This document shows positions 48,769-61,531 of a stretch of 64,000 nt of DNA, piece after piece. The position numbers and the translations under genes were made by a program. A model generated the notes under the pieces. That model made no database searches, had not been told where the DNA came from, and saw only the letters and a list, made by a program, of their open reading frames with translations. The number at the start of each line of letters is the position of its first letter. The first letter of the stretch is position 1. The stretch is from assembly GCA_001643675.2 (NCBI GenBank), contig LSRY02000002.1:1488001-1552000 (forward strand). Reading direction: 5' to 3'. This stretch comes from Monocercomonoides exilis PA203. Lineage: Eukaryota; Protista; Preaxostyla.

Positions 48769-51700
48769 TCAATCTCCAAAGTCATCCAGGCAATCGAGAT
48801 CACCTGATTTCTTGGCATTAAGCGATGAAATTGACTTGTTCTTTTGAACAGCCCCATTCGTTCTATTTGTTTCTGGCTGATTTGACTTGTGTGAAATGAA
48901 TGCAGCTGTTGTTGCAGCAAATGAAGGAGATAAGAAACAGAACGAAAGAGGGGGAGCTGTTATTTTGAAAGGAGCAGCAGGAATTTTCGGCTTCACTGGA
49001 GAGAGTGAAGGTGTAGGCGGGTGAGAAGAAGAATCTGGCGGAAGAAGTGGAGAAGAAGTGGATGATTTTGGAAGTGAATTCGATGTGGATTGAAGAGAAG
49101 CTGAAGTTGTTTGAGAAGGAGTTTGAAGAGGTAATGCTTTTGTGTTCAGCAAAGGAGATGGCTTCATACCAGTGCTTTTGGATGCAGCATCTGAGTTATG
49201 AATTTCATTAGCAGGAGGAAGGGTGCTTTTTTTATCTATAGGTGATGCTACAGATTTCAAGGAAGATGATTTCAACGAACTGAATGTCTTTCCTTTTAAA
49301 GACGAAAGAGCACTTGATGTGCGACGTGAATTGGGTGAAGGATTCTGATGTGAAGACTGTAAAGGAGATTTCGATTGAATGGGAGTCGACGAAGAAAGGG
49401 GTGATGGACAGTTAGTCAGCAAAGAAGAAGAAGAGAAGGAAGAAGAAGAAGAGGAGGAGGAAAAGGAAGAGGAAGAGGAAGAAGAGGAGGAGGTAGTGAA
49501 AGTGGTACCAGTAGTGGAGGAAGAGGAAGAGGAGGAAGAAGAAGACAAAGAAGAATATGGTAACGATGTGGATAATGCCGAAAATTTCGTTGATGTAGTT
49601 GATTTTGTTGATTTCGTTGATGATGATGAAAATGACGGAGGAGGTGTTGACGATGATAGTGGCAAATCAGAATGTGAAGAAGGAAAAGAAGGAAAAGAAG
49701 GCAAAGAAGGCAAAGAAGGCAAAGAAAGCAAAGAAGAAGATGATGAAGGTGGAGAAGAAGAAGAAGAAGAAGATGATGATGATAAAGAAGAACTTGAAAA
49801 TGAAGAAGAATTATGTAACGCAGATGATAACGAAGAAGATAGATTTGAGGATGAAGGAGATGAAGATGAAGGACGCGAATAAAAAGAGGAAGTGTTTGAG
49901 AAAGATGAGGTTGAAGATGAAGGCAATGATGAAGAAGATGGTGATGAAGAGGAAGATGAAGAGGAAAATAAAGATGAAGATGGTGAAGATGACGAAGTCG
50001 ACGATGAAAAAGAAGAGGAAGAAGAAGATGAAACAGAAACAGAAGCAGGAGCAGAATAAAACGAAGACGAAGGTGAACTTTCATCAACTTTATTTTGTGT
50101 TTTGTTTTCTTCTTTCGTTGGTGATTGCAGAGTTGTCAGAGAAGATAAACTCCATCCCTGCGATGAAGATGAAGGTGATGAAAATGAAAAAGAAACGGAT
50201 GGCTTTGTGAATTGGACAGTTTGGGAATGAAGGCTTGGCTTTAATGGAGCAGATGACAAAGCAATTGAAGAATGAGAAGATGCCTTGATTGGTTCAGCGT
50301 TTTGACGAGAAGGAGAAGAATTAGCTGGATGATAACTTGGCTTTGATGGGCGAACAATATTTCTTTGTGTTTCGTTGCTGCCTTCTTCATCATCTTCTTC
50401 TGCTGAGTATGACATATCATCATATGAAGCAGATTCTCTTTTTGGTTCATTTATTTTAGTTTTCTTTATGAGCAGATCTCTTTCCACAAATTGTTTTAAT
50501 ATTTCTCTTTCTTTCTCTTGCAATTGATAGCATTTCTTGCTTTCTGTTTTTTTACTATGAGCTCCAAATAGTGCCTTTGCATTTTCATCCTTTTCTTCAT
50601 CTTTCATTTCCTTTTCTTTGGTTTCATCTTCATTTTTCGTTCCATTTGCATCACAAGATGACACTTCTTCATTTCCATTGTTATGTTTTTGAGTCTTGTT
50701 CCTTTTTTCTGGTTCTTTTTCTTCTGAGCCCAACTCCATATAAGGATTCTCATAAACATCCACAATACATCTGTTGGACTTCAACATCGCCTCAGGATTT
50801 TCACTGCTTTTCATCCATCCCAACTTCACATCCACAAATTTTCTATTCATTTTGCTTCCTTCTTCCTTTGCGGTTTTTTCTTTGATAGCCACTCGTTTCA
50901 CCTGCCTCTTTGCCATCTGCATCACACGTGCCCACAATGCACTTCTTGACAGAACTCTTTCACACCCAAACAGAACAAGATGCCGCTTGGCTCTGGTGAT
51001 TGTCACGTTCAAACGCTGCGGAGAAGAGAGAAAACCTGGTGGGAGTAGTTGGATTGTATTTCATTTTAATAAAATAGTGGGATAACAAATAAATAAATAA
51101 TTATTCATAAAAGAAAGAAAGAAAGAATAAGAAAAATGCTTTAGAAAATATTACTAATATTTATTCGCTTATCAATAGCAACAGAAAAAGAATACATATT
51201 AAAATGGAGGCATACCCAATCCTGTTGTTCTGCATGTTGAAACCAAAATGATGTCGCATTCATTTCCTTGGAATGCATCAACAGTCGACAATGTTATGTG
51301 GAAAAACTGGCAAACAAGAGCAAAGGAATCTTGGAATGTTTGTGAAGAAGAGGAAGAAGATGTGGGAGAAGTAACAGACGGAGTTTTTGGAGCCAATAAA
51401 TGAGAAGGGGACGATGGAGTGTTAGTTTTCTTTGGAGAAAATGAAATATCATTAGAATTTGCAAATGAAGATGATTGACAAGGATCTGATGTCAGTTTCT
51501 TATGTTCTGTGTTTGGCAAAACCTTTGTACCAACATGATTGTCTATGCTCTCATTAAATCCTCCATTAGCATTGATGTTCACATCATTCTCTTCAAGTTC
51601 AACTTTAGCTTCACCGCTAGCATCATTTGCATTCACGGAACTAATATCTGTGTGCGTCTCTTTCTCATCTTCAAACTCTTCAATTGGCAGGCTTTCAATG

Positions 51701-54700
51701 TCATTCTCAAGTAATTCAGGTTCAATCTCACCTTCAAGTTGATCTCTTTCCAAATCAATATCGTCGCTTTTACTATCTTTTCTTTCTTCTTCTTGATTAT
51801 TATGTTCAGATGCCCCAATAGCTTCATCTTTTTCATTTTCAATGGATTTTGTAATTCTCTCGCTTGATTCATTCAGCTCTTTCTTTTTCTCCATTTCAGT
51901 CGGACTCACAACATCATATGTCTTTTCCACGCTATTTCTTTGTCTCATCTCCTTTTCAGCAGACTGTGGCGATAGCAGCGCTGTTTTCCATCTGAGTTCT
52001 CTTTGTCTTTTTATCCTCTCCATTTCTGGTAGTAACAACCGAGTTATCTCCTTCTTGAGAACAGGAATCTGCCCTTTGTACAAGCTGATCACTCCAATTG
52101 TGACAGGAGATGTGAGCGGTGATTGAGATAATGCTTCAAAATTGTCTGAGACAGAATTGTTTGATGAGCCGTTATTTGAAAGAGATAAGCCTTCGTCTGG
52201 CTTCTCGTTGTCATCATTATCTTCTTCTTCATCATTAGTTTGATTAACAATCACAAAAGACCCTTCACTTTCTCTTTGTTCTTCTCCATATTCATCTGAG
52301 GAAGATCCGCTTGACAAGCCATCTGTGATAATAATACCGCATTTTTCTCTTTTCCATTCAATCTCTCTTATTAGTGCCTTCAAAAACAAAGCGATTTTCT
52401 TCGCTTCGCCTTCATTCATCATACTCTTGCTGTTTGCAGCATATGCAGAAGACGAGGAAGAAGCAGAAGCAGATTCGACAGTATCTGTGCAATCAATAAA
52501 CAAAAGAGGAAAAAGAGAAGGAAGCAGAGGCACAACAGAAGGGATCAATGCTTCATTCACAGAAACATACTGCTCATCAATTTGTGGAACATTGTTTTCT
52601 TTTCCTTCAATTGAGTTATTTGTCTTCTTATTGCTGATTGCCTCTTTCTTCCATGTTCCATTCTTCAGAGTGCCGCAATAAAACAGCTTGTCAGTGAGTG
52701 AGCCAATCATTGGATGGCATCTGTGCTGTGTGCGCAGTAGAACAAGGACTGGAGGAGAAGGAGACGAGGCTGGCGAGAGATTGAGTGAAAAAAGTGAACG
52801 CGAATGCGAATGTGAGTGTGAATGAAAAGATGATGTTAATGTTGTTGATCGTTCAGATGTGGTTTTATTTGATGAATTACTGATAGGTTGCGTTGTTGTT
52901 TCATCGTCTTCTTCTTCGTCGTCTTTTCTTTTGTTATTATCAGTGCTTTCATCTTCTTTATTCTCCTTCTCTCCATCCAATTTCCTCTCATTACTCATCA
53001 TCTCTTCTCTATTCAGCACAAGAGCCGAGCGTGCCAAACGAACAAACAACGTGAGAGAGTTCAGAGAGCGGTCGAGGATGGCAGAAGAAGGGAGGATAAG
53101 GTCAGTGGCAGAAGGAAGCGAAGAAGGAGGGACAGATGGAGTCAAAGAAGGAGACAGAGAAGGAGAAGAAGGAGAAGAGGATCTTGAGACAAAAGAAGGA
53201 GATGAAGGGGAAGAAGGTGATGAGAAAAGGTGATGTGGAGTGGATGGAGTTGAATCAACGGAGTTGAGAGAAGGAAGTGAAGGAGAAAGAGAAGACGAAG
53301 GAGAAGTTATCGGAGAAAGACGAGGAGAAGAAGAGGAAGAAGAGGAAGAAGAGGAAGAAGAGGAAGAAGAGGAAGAAGAGGAAGATGCAGAAGTTGTAGA
53401 AGAGAGAGGAGTAAGTTGTGTCGTGGGTGTCTGTGATTGTGATGATATTTCAGAGGAAGAGGCGTTTGATAAACTTGTGGTTGGCGTTTGCGATGCGTTT
53501 TGAGAGTCAAAAGGAGAAGTCAATGAACGATGTGAGGAAGTGGAAGATAAAGAAGATAGAGAAGAAGAGGAAGATGAAGCAAGAGAAGAAGAAGAAAAAG
53601 GAGAAGGAGAAGGAGAAAGCGAAGGCAATGATAGCAAAGAAGGAGTTCTGACAGGTGTTGACAGAACATTCACGTCATCCTCTGTCAAACTCGATCCATT
53701 CACCTTCTCTTCTCTTTGCAACTGCTCTGCTTGCTCTCCCTCTTCATCTGCCATTTTGGATTCTTCTCTCTTTTGCGGAGTGGATTTTCGTTGATTGCGC
53801 TGAGAGAGATTCTTCAGAAGTGAGTGGACGTTGTTTGTGCTTTTCCTTCGAGAAGAGGAAGAAGAAGAGGAGGAGGAGGAAGAAGAAGAAGATGATGATG
53901 ATGACGATTCGTTTTGATTGCTCAAAAAAGAAGGAAATCCATCAAAAGACGAAGAATTACCGAACAAGCTAGAGCCATGTGAAGGAGAAGAGGAAGAAAG
54001 CATAGAAGAATCGAATTTAGTTGAAAGGAATACACTGGAAGAGCCAATAAATGGAGAAGGATAAAGAGACAGGCTCAAACAGGATGAGGTGGATATTAAT
54101 GAAGATAGAGCAGAGAGAGTGTTGGTGAATCTGATTAATGATGCAGAAGAAGAAGAAACTATAGAAGAGGAAGAAGAAGAAGAAGATGATGATGATGATG
54201 AAGGTCTTATTAAACAAGAATTGAGAAGATAATCAACAGCAGATGCTTCGTTGGTTGTAATAATCTTTCCTTGACTCTTTTTCAATAGAAGATCCAGAAA
54301 TTGATTGGAAAGAGAATTTGAAGAAGAAGAAGAAAGAGAAAGGGAAGCACTAAAAGAAGAAGAAGAAGATGATGATGATGATGACAAATGAGAAGAAGAC
54401 AACGATTTCAGCAAGCGAGAAAGAGAAGAAGCAGAAGAAGAAAAAGATGCATAGCTATTTGAAGAAGCAGCAATTTTCTGTTTTGCCTCCAAAGAAGTAA
54501 CAATTCTTCGTTTGCTGACGTCTTTCATTCTTTCTCTCCACTCGCCAGTGATCAGAGGCAAAGGATAGGAAGAAGGGACTTTAGCAAACAGCAGTGAAAG
54601 AATGGCAGAGGAAGAAAGAGGATGAACGAGAAGAGGAGGAGAATGGGGAGAAGGAAAGAGGGCTTGAGAAGAATAAGGATTTCGAGCAGAAGATGATGCA

Positions 54701-57700
54701 AAAGCACTCAGAGAAGAGGGAAAAGAAGAGAGAAACGAGTTTGTATCTGAATCGCCATAAAAACCAGAAAAGAAGGAAAAAGAAGAAGAAGACATTGATG
54801 ACGATGATAACGAGTAAGAATAACCATTTCCACCAGATGAATACGAACTATTATTGCTATTATTATTAGTTGTATTAGTTGTTGTAGGAGACAGCTGAAG
54901 AGGATCGCCCACCAGAATCAGCCGCTGGCACTTATTTGCTCTGATGATAGGGAGCAAGGCATTCATCTCAGTCATCTGGGATGCTTCATCGAGGATGACT
55001 ACAGAAGAAGAGAAGTCATCAAAGAAAGAGGAGGCTGTGTATGCACTGGTAGTGGAGAGAAGACGGAGCGTGGGGGATGAGGCAGAGAAGAAGGAGGGGT
55101 GAGAAGAAGAAGAAGATGATGATGACGATGATGAGGTTGCAGAAGAGTCCAACAAATATGATAGAGGAGATGCTGATATCGCCTTCAGTGCTGTTGATTC
55201 AATGAGACTGTGATGAGACTGATCCAATCGAAGAAGATTGAAGAATTCCTGTGTCGTTTGCTTTGGATGCTGCTCAGATTTTGCTGAAGAAGAAGCAGAA
55301 GAGGAAGAAGAGAAAGTGGAAGATGATGATGCTGTTGATGATGATGTTGAAGTAATACCTTTTGTTTTTGTTACAGCTGCAGATAAAGATGCCACATTGC
55401 TTGCATCAGAAGACAATTGAGTTGTGTTGTTGTCAGCGTTCATCAGAAGAAAACGCGACTGGACAGCAGAAAACAACCTCTTTTGGATGATTTTCAGGTT
55501 GATGATTTCATCCTCTATTTTGTGCATAAGCTTCATTTCTTCCTCAATTAACGCATCTTCCTCTTCTTCCTCGTTTCTTTCTCTCTCTTCTTGTTCTCTT
55601 AGCGCTTGTTCCCTTCTCCTTCTGTACATTTCTTCTTCATCCACTTCATATTCATCAAAATCTGCTGCTTCTTTGATTCTGTCTTCTTCTTCTTTGTATT
55701 CTTTGTATTCTTCTTTCTCTGCTTCATAACCTTCCCCTTCTCCTTCTTCTTCTCCTTCATTAAATGCTTCATTTGCTTCATTGCCAACAGAAATACGATT
55801 CTTCAATGAAGAACTAGACAATCCAGATAAAAGTTTTCCATTTGCTAATCTATTTGAACGCAAGCTTCCGATTTTGCTTTTTGTTGAATTCAAAGGATTG
55901 CTTCCAGTGTTAGCATTTTTGTTCCAAAGCAATAGAGACACTTTCCCTTTATTCAACAGCTTATTAGCACCTTCTCCTTCTCCATCACTTTTATCATTTC
56001 CATCCAATTCTTCCGTATTCTTCTTTTTTCCCCTTTGTTTTCCAGACTTATTTGACATCTTTCTTCCATTCCCCATCATCATCTCTGCTTCCCTCTTCTT
56101 CCTCCTCTCCTCCTCTTCCTTCTCATTCCACAAAAGCCCCCTCTTCGCCATTCTTTCTCTGATTCTCTTTCGAATTTCTTTTAATTCGCTTTCCTTCTTC
56201 GCTATCATCTGCTTCGTATCTTCCATCTCTTCTTCTCTCGCAGCACCGCCGTGGCAGTAGAAGGGAAGAATATCCAAGTTCACTTTGCGAATACACCCCA
56301 GCCGAAGGAAACGAGTAAAGCTTGGTGGGCAAGCAGAGAGAGAAAGAGAAGAAAGAGAAAGAGAAGAGAAATCAGAATTGATTAAGGAAGAAGAAGAAGA
56401 AGAAGAAGAAGAGGAGGAGGAGGAGGAGGAGGAGGTGTTATAACGAGCTAATGAGTCCTCTCCAGCATCTGCTAATTCTTGATCAACAAGCGCTAATCCA
56501 ATGCCACTTTCATAGAACGAGCGATGCTTCAGAAGGAATCGAAGCAACCTGTCTGCGAAAAAGGCAGAGAAAGACAAGAAACGAGAAGAAGAAGGGGAAG
56601 ACAAGAGAATCGACAAGACTCGATCAACAGCAGCATTTGTAGAGGCAGAAAGAAGAATGCGGAGAAAAGAAACAGAAGAAGTTGAGATAACTTCAGTAGG
56701 ATCCAGTGAATCATTTGCATTTAATCCAATTTCTGTCTCATTTGACGTATTTTCTCTTCTGTCAGCATCATCTGCATTCTTTTCTTTGTTCTTCATCCCC
56801 ATCTCTTTCCCAGTGCGTTCTTTCATTTTATCTTCATCATCATCATCTTCTTCTTCTCTTCCTCCATGCTTTTCATCATCATACGAACTGTCATCATAAT
56901 CATCTTCAAATGCCTCACTTGAATCACTTTCTTCTTCGCATTCTTCTTCTTCTGCTTCGTCGTCTTCATAATAAAAAGCTGTTTTGCTTTTGAATTTTTT
57001 AATAATCGGTTTATTTTGACTCTTCTTCTCTTCTCTCCTTTTCCTCCTCCTCTCTTTCTTTTCTTTCTCTTTCTTCTTCTGTTGTCTTCTCAATCTTTCT
57101 CTTTCTCTCTTCCTCTTCTTCTTTTCTTCCTCATCCATCTTTTTGCCTCCTTCTCCTCTTTCTCCGCTGCTGTTCGCAGAAGAAATAGACAGCAGAGAAG
57201 ATGAAAGCGGATGATAATTCAGAAGAAACCGCCAGCCATCAACAGTTGATACACACAATGTGACACGAGGGGTAAGAGAAAGAGAAAGAGAGGATTCTGC
57301 GATAGAAGAAGAAGAAGAAGAAGAAGAAGATGATGATGATGATGATTCACTGGGTGAAGGAGAAGGAGAAGGAGAAGGAGAATAAAGAGAAAGAGGGAAG
57401 AAAGACGATGATAATTGATCGCTTTCTAACTCATCGTCTTCTTCATGACGAGGTGTTAATTCAGCTTTTTTAGAAGATTTTTCTTCATTCACGGAATTTT
57501 TGTGTTTTCCTTCAATTTCCTTAATCATTGCACCTATTTTCAAGCTTTCTTCAAAGGAAAGATCATTTTGTGATAGCAAATTTGAAGAGTTAATTGAATC
57601 ATCTTTCTCCTCGCTGATTCTGTTAGCTGTGTCTTCATCATCTATTTTATTAATCTTATCATTTTCCTCTTTTTCTTCAGCAAATGCATTGTCTCCTTCT

Positions 57701-60700
57701 CCATCTTCACTTCCACCTTCACCTTCATCCTCTTCTTCGTCGTCTTTCAATCTTGTTCTTCTGCCCTTTCTCGTTTTGAGTCCAATGCTATCTTGTTTTG
57801 ATTGCTTCGCAGATCTCGCCTTCGTCTTTCTGTATGGAACATAATCTTCATCGTTGATTCCTTTTTTATTTTCATATTCTTCGTCAGCTTCTTCTTCTTC
57901 TTCTTCCTCTTCTTCCTCTCCTTCTTCCCATTCTTGTTCATTCCCTTCATTTTCAATCCAGACTTCATTATCACCTTTGTTATTGTCGATTTCTTCCTCC
58001 TCCTCTTCCTCCTCTTCCTCCTTCTCATCTTCACAGTCTTCTCTTCTCATTCTCTTTCGACTTCTCAATTTGCTTCTGCAAGATTTAATCATCTGATCAT
58101 TGTCAGCAATATCTTTATTATTCTCGTTTTTTCTGTTCTTGCTTTCCTCTTTCTCTTCTTTCTCTTCTTTTTTTGTCTTTCTATTTCCAATATTCTTTCT
58201 TCCATTCTTTCTATCAGTATCATCAAATGCATCGTCATCTTTAGTTTCCTTCTCATTGGTGCAATCATCTTTGCTCATCATCTCTTTCCTTCCTCTTTTC
58301 GTCTTCTTCTTCGGAATCATCTCTTCAGCCATGTTTATCCAATCCTTGAAGCTTAAATTTTCTCCCTTTATTGATTTCTCTGTTGATTTTTGGCTTCTTG
58401 TATTTGGACGTCTGAGAGAAGGTTTATGAAATAATAACTCACTTTGTTCTTTGACAATAGACTTCTTCCTTCTCTTATTTATGCATTGCTCTTTTTTTAT
58501 TCTTTTGCTAGCATATTTTTCTTCTTCCATATTTCCATCTTCGTTGAAATCACCGCTGTTCTCATTCAGCTTTATGTTGTTCTGTGAATCAAAGCAATCA
58601 TCTTCTTCTTTCTCCTTCTCTTTCTCTTTCTCTCTTTCCTCATTGCTTTCGTCATCTCTACAGATGCTCAATTTCTCTGCTCTCTTTGTCCCTTTTTCTG
58701 TTTTCATTCTCCTTTTCTCCTTTTCCTTCACCAAATATTCACCAAAAGCTTCTGCATCACAAATTGCAGATATCAAAAGAACAATAGCAGCCAAAAGATG
58801 ACTTTTCCCTGATCCAAACACACCATGGATTAGAATAATTGGAGAAAACTTAACAGAATCATCAGAATTAGACATCAAAAGAGAAGATGAACTATCATTT
58901 GAATTGTGGCTGTTGTTTTGCAACGAAAGTGCTTTACATAAAACATCACCCAATGGATGGACATAATCAGAAGCCTCTTCTTCATCTGCTTGATCTTTTT
59001 CAAAACTAAATGAAGCCTTCCTTTCCCCGGTCTCAGTCATTCTCCTCAGCCCTCTTTCGCATTCCTCGCAGATGCATATTGCCCTGGTCCAGTCAAACCA
59101 CAATATTACTTGATCAACTGCCTTCATCTGGTCTTTGTTCAAATTGAATGAGGAAGCAAGCACAGAGCGGAGAGAAAGAAGAAGGCAAAGAGGAACATGA
59201 CGAAGAACAAAAGGAGAAAGAGAAGTGGAGGATGAGAAAGTGGAAAGCGCAGAAGTGTTGCTATCTTCACGAATGGCTTCGCTCACTTCAGAATTTTTGA
59301 GTGCAGAAAGCAGAGCAGTGTGATATATTCTCTCTTTTCGAGGAGTCATCAGAAGGAAAGGCGACAAATATGATAGAGAAAGAGAGATAGAACACGAAGA
59401 ATTAACTGGAGATGGATGCAGCGCTGAAGAAAGGGACATCTGCATCCCAACGCTGCCACAATCCCACTCCATCGTTGACATTCTCTTAAGAAGCTCAAGT
59501 TGCATCGGTGAATTCGGACCATGAAGCAAGTGAAGATGAGGAATGCTGTTTGAAAAGAGAGTAGAAAAAGAAGAAGGTTGCTTATTTGAATCTGAAGACG
59601 AAAATTGCCTGACTCTCTTTAAAGCTCCACGCAATCCTTCTTTTTGTCTCTTTAATCTGCTCGTTGTTTTTCTTCTTCTTGTTTTCTTTGAGCCGTCATC
59701 TTCTTCATCGTTGTCTTCTTCATCTAAGTATTCGTCAATATCTAAATTTTCTTCATCTTTGTCATTCTCATCTCCTCCAGCATCATAATCATCTTCATCT
59801 TCATCTTTATTGAGTTCGGCTTCTCTTCTTAATCTTTCTCTTCCCTTTTCTTCCTTAATGATCTGTGAATGAAGAGAAAATAGCATAGAAACAGCTGCTG
59901 GATCTGTTGGCTCCACCTCAAACAGGCCCTGTTGTGAAGGTCCGTGAAACAATGAACGAAAGACAAGAACAAATGGGGGAAGAGTTGGCATTGAAGAAGA
60001 AGCAGCAGCAGATAAAGACAACTTCTTATGACTGCTAATATCTCTCCTCAACTCCTTCAGTGATGAAATATTGTCATCTGAATAAAAAGCTGATGGTGTA
60101 AGTGACGGTCTCCGAAAACAGTTGACGTTGGAGATGAACCACATATCATCTCTGTGGAAATCGGCAGAAGATTTCAAAAAGGCAGTCGCCGAAGAGGTTG
60201 TTGGTGATGCTGGTGTGTTTTGGTTTGACAACGACTGCAAAGAAGCGAATGAAGAGCCAGATGATATGTCCAACTTCAAAAAATATCGTGGAGGACCTTC
60301 TTCATTTTCGTCATCTTCTGTCTTTTGCATTGTCTTTGATTCTGTTTTTCCAATATCACTGCTTTGTTTACTCTTCTGAAGAGCTGTCTTAGCTCTATTC
60401 TTTTTTCTCTTTGTTGTTCTTATTAAAACACTTTCATCAAATAGTCGAAGTTGCTTTGAACGAGTAAGTTTAGATGTTATGTCTTCAAAATGGCTCGCGT
60501 CTTTGCTTTGATTGCCTTCATTTGAATCCATTTTCATTCCCTGATTTGTGTTGCTCCATTTAAAAAAGTCACATTTTCGCTTTTCACATGTATAAAACCA
60601 TCTTCCCCTATTCGTTTCAGATTTTTTAGCACAGCGAAGGGCAGCTGGTTTTTTGCAATGGCACATTACATAAGTTGATCCTGTATAATTTGCTGACTGT

Positions 60701-61143
60701 GACATTGCCAGCGCATCTTTATTTGACTTTGAATCTGGTGAAAATAAAGATTTTGAGTAAAAGTCTTTGACAAACGAAAAAATAGTTTGATTTATGTCTT
60801 GAGTAAGCGAAGCAGTGAGAATAATTCTATAATCATCCATTGACGAATAAATATCTGGAAGTGGAAGAAGTGATGGTATTGCTGGGTAAAGCATTTCATG
60901 CTCCGTTGGGTATCTTAACTGATAAAAGTCGCACAAAGGGTGTAATTCTTGGTGTTTATTGTTTGAGCGAGTGTGTTCTTTATTTTCTTGTGCAAGTGAA
61001 GTTACGTTCGAATGTGAATTCTTTATTTCGTGAGAGAATTTTTCTAATTTTGCACTGTTAACTTGGGTCAATTTTTTATGTAGGTCTTCTTTTTGATTCG
61101 AAGAAATACGTCTTGGAGGATTAAAGCCATTTCTCTTTAGCAT
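48769..61143 (-). CDS. ZGRF1: ZGRF1-like GRF zinc finger plus UPF1/DNA2-type SF1B helicase, ~4064 aa; exons 61143-51216, 51035-48769
   Basis: GRF finger CHCKKPA..NRGRWFYTCEKRKCDFFKW. Helicase motifs IHGVFGSGKS, STNAAVDRVL, FLRLGCIRKV, VILDEASQMTE, LVGDPLQL, LRTQHRCHP, TVDAFQGNECD, RLNVTITRAKRHL. The HGVFG.GKS Walker A variant is typical of ZGRF1. Confidence 0.9.
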
Positions 61144-61531
61144 TCAGTATCATAAATACTTTTCTCAAGCTCAGAGTGATGAATATATTTTATTTAGCAC
61201 AAACAATAAGTGCGCTTCAATAATTCCTCCGAACTAGATAGAATTTTAATTATTTTATAATCCTGCAAACAATGCGTATAATAATGGGAAACATGTTAAT
61301 GAGTGATTTAAAAACGTTTTGTTTCCATTAGAAAAACAAAGTTATCATTTTATAATATCAATACAATGATTATGAATAGATCTTTAATATTGATCAAATA
61401 TGCTTTTATTTATCAAACAAATTCTATCGATCAAGCAAATTTTTGCTGTGAAGCAGATGTGTGCTAAATTTTAAAAATAATTTATATTAATTTTTTTGAT
61501 AATTTTAGAGATATTTGAAGTTTCTTTCCGA

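Noticed and set aside
49379-61061. Plus-strand acidic or Ser/Phe-rich ORFs over ZGRF1
   Set aside because: Antisense shadows of low-complexity coding tracts, with no domain signal.
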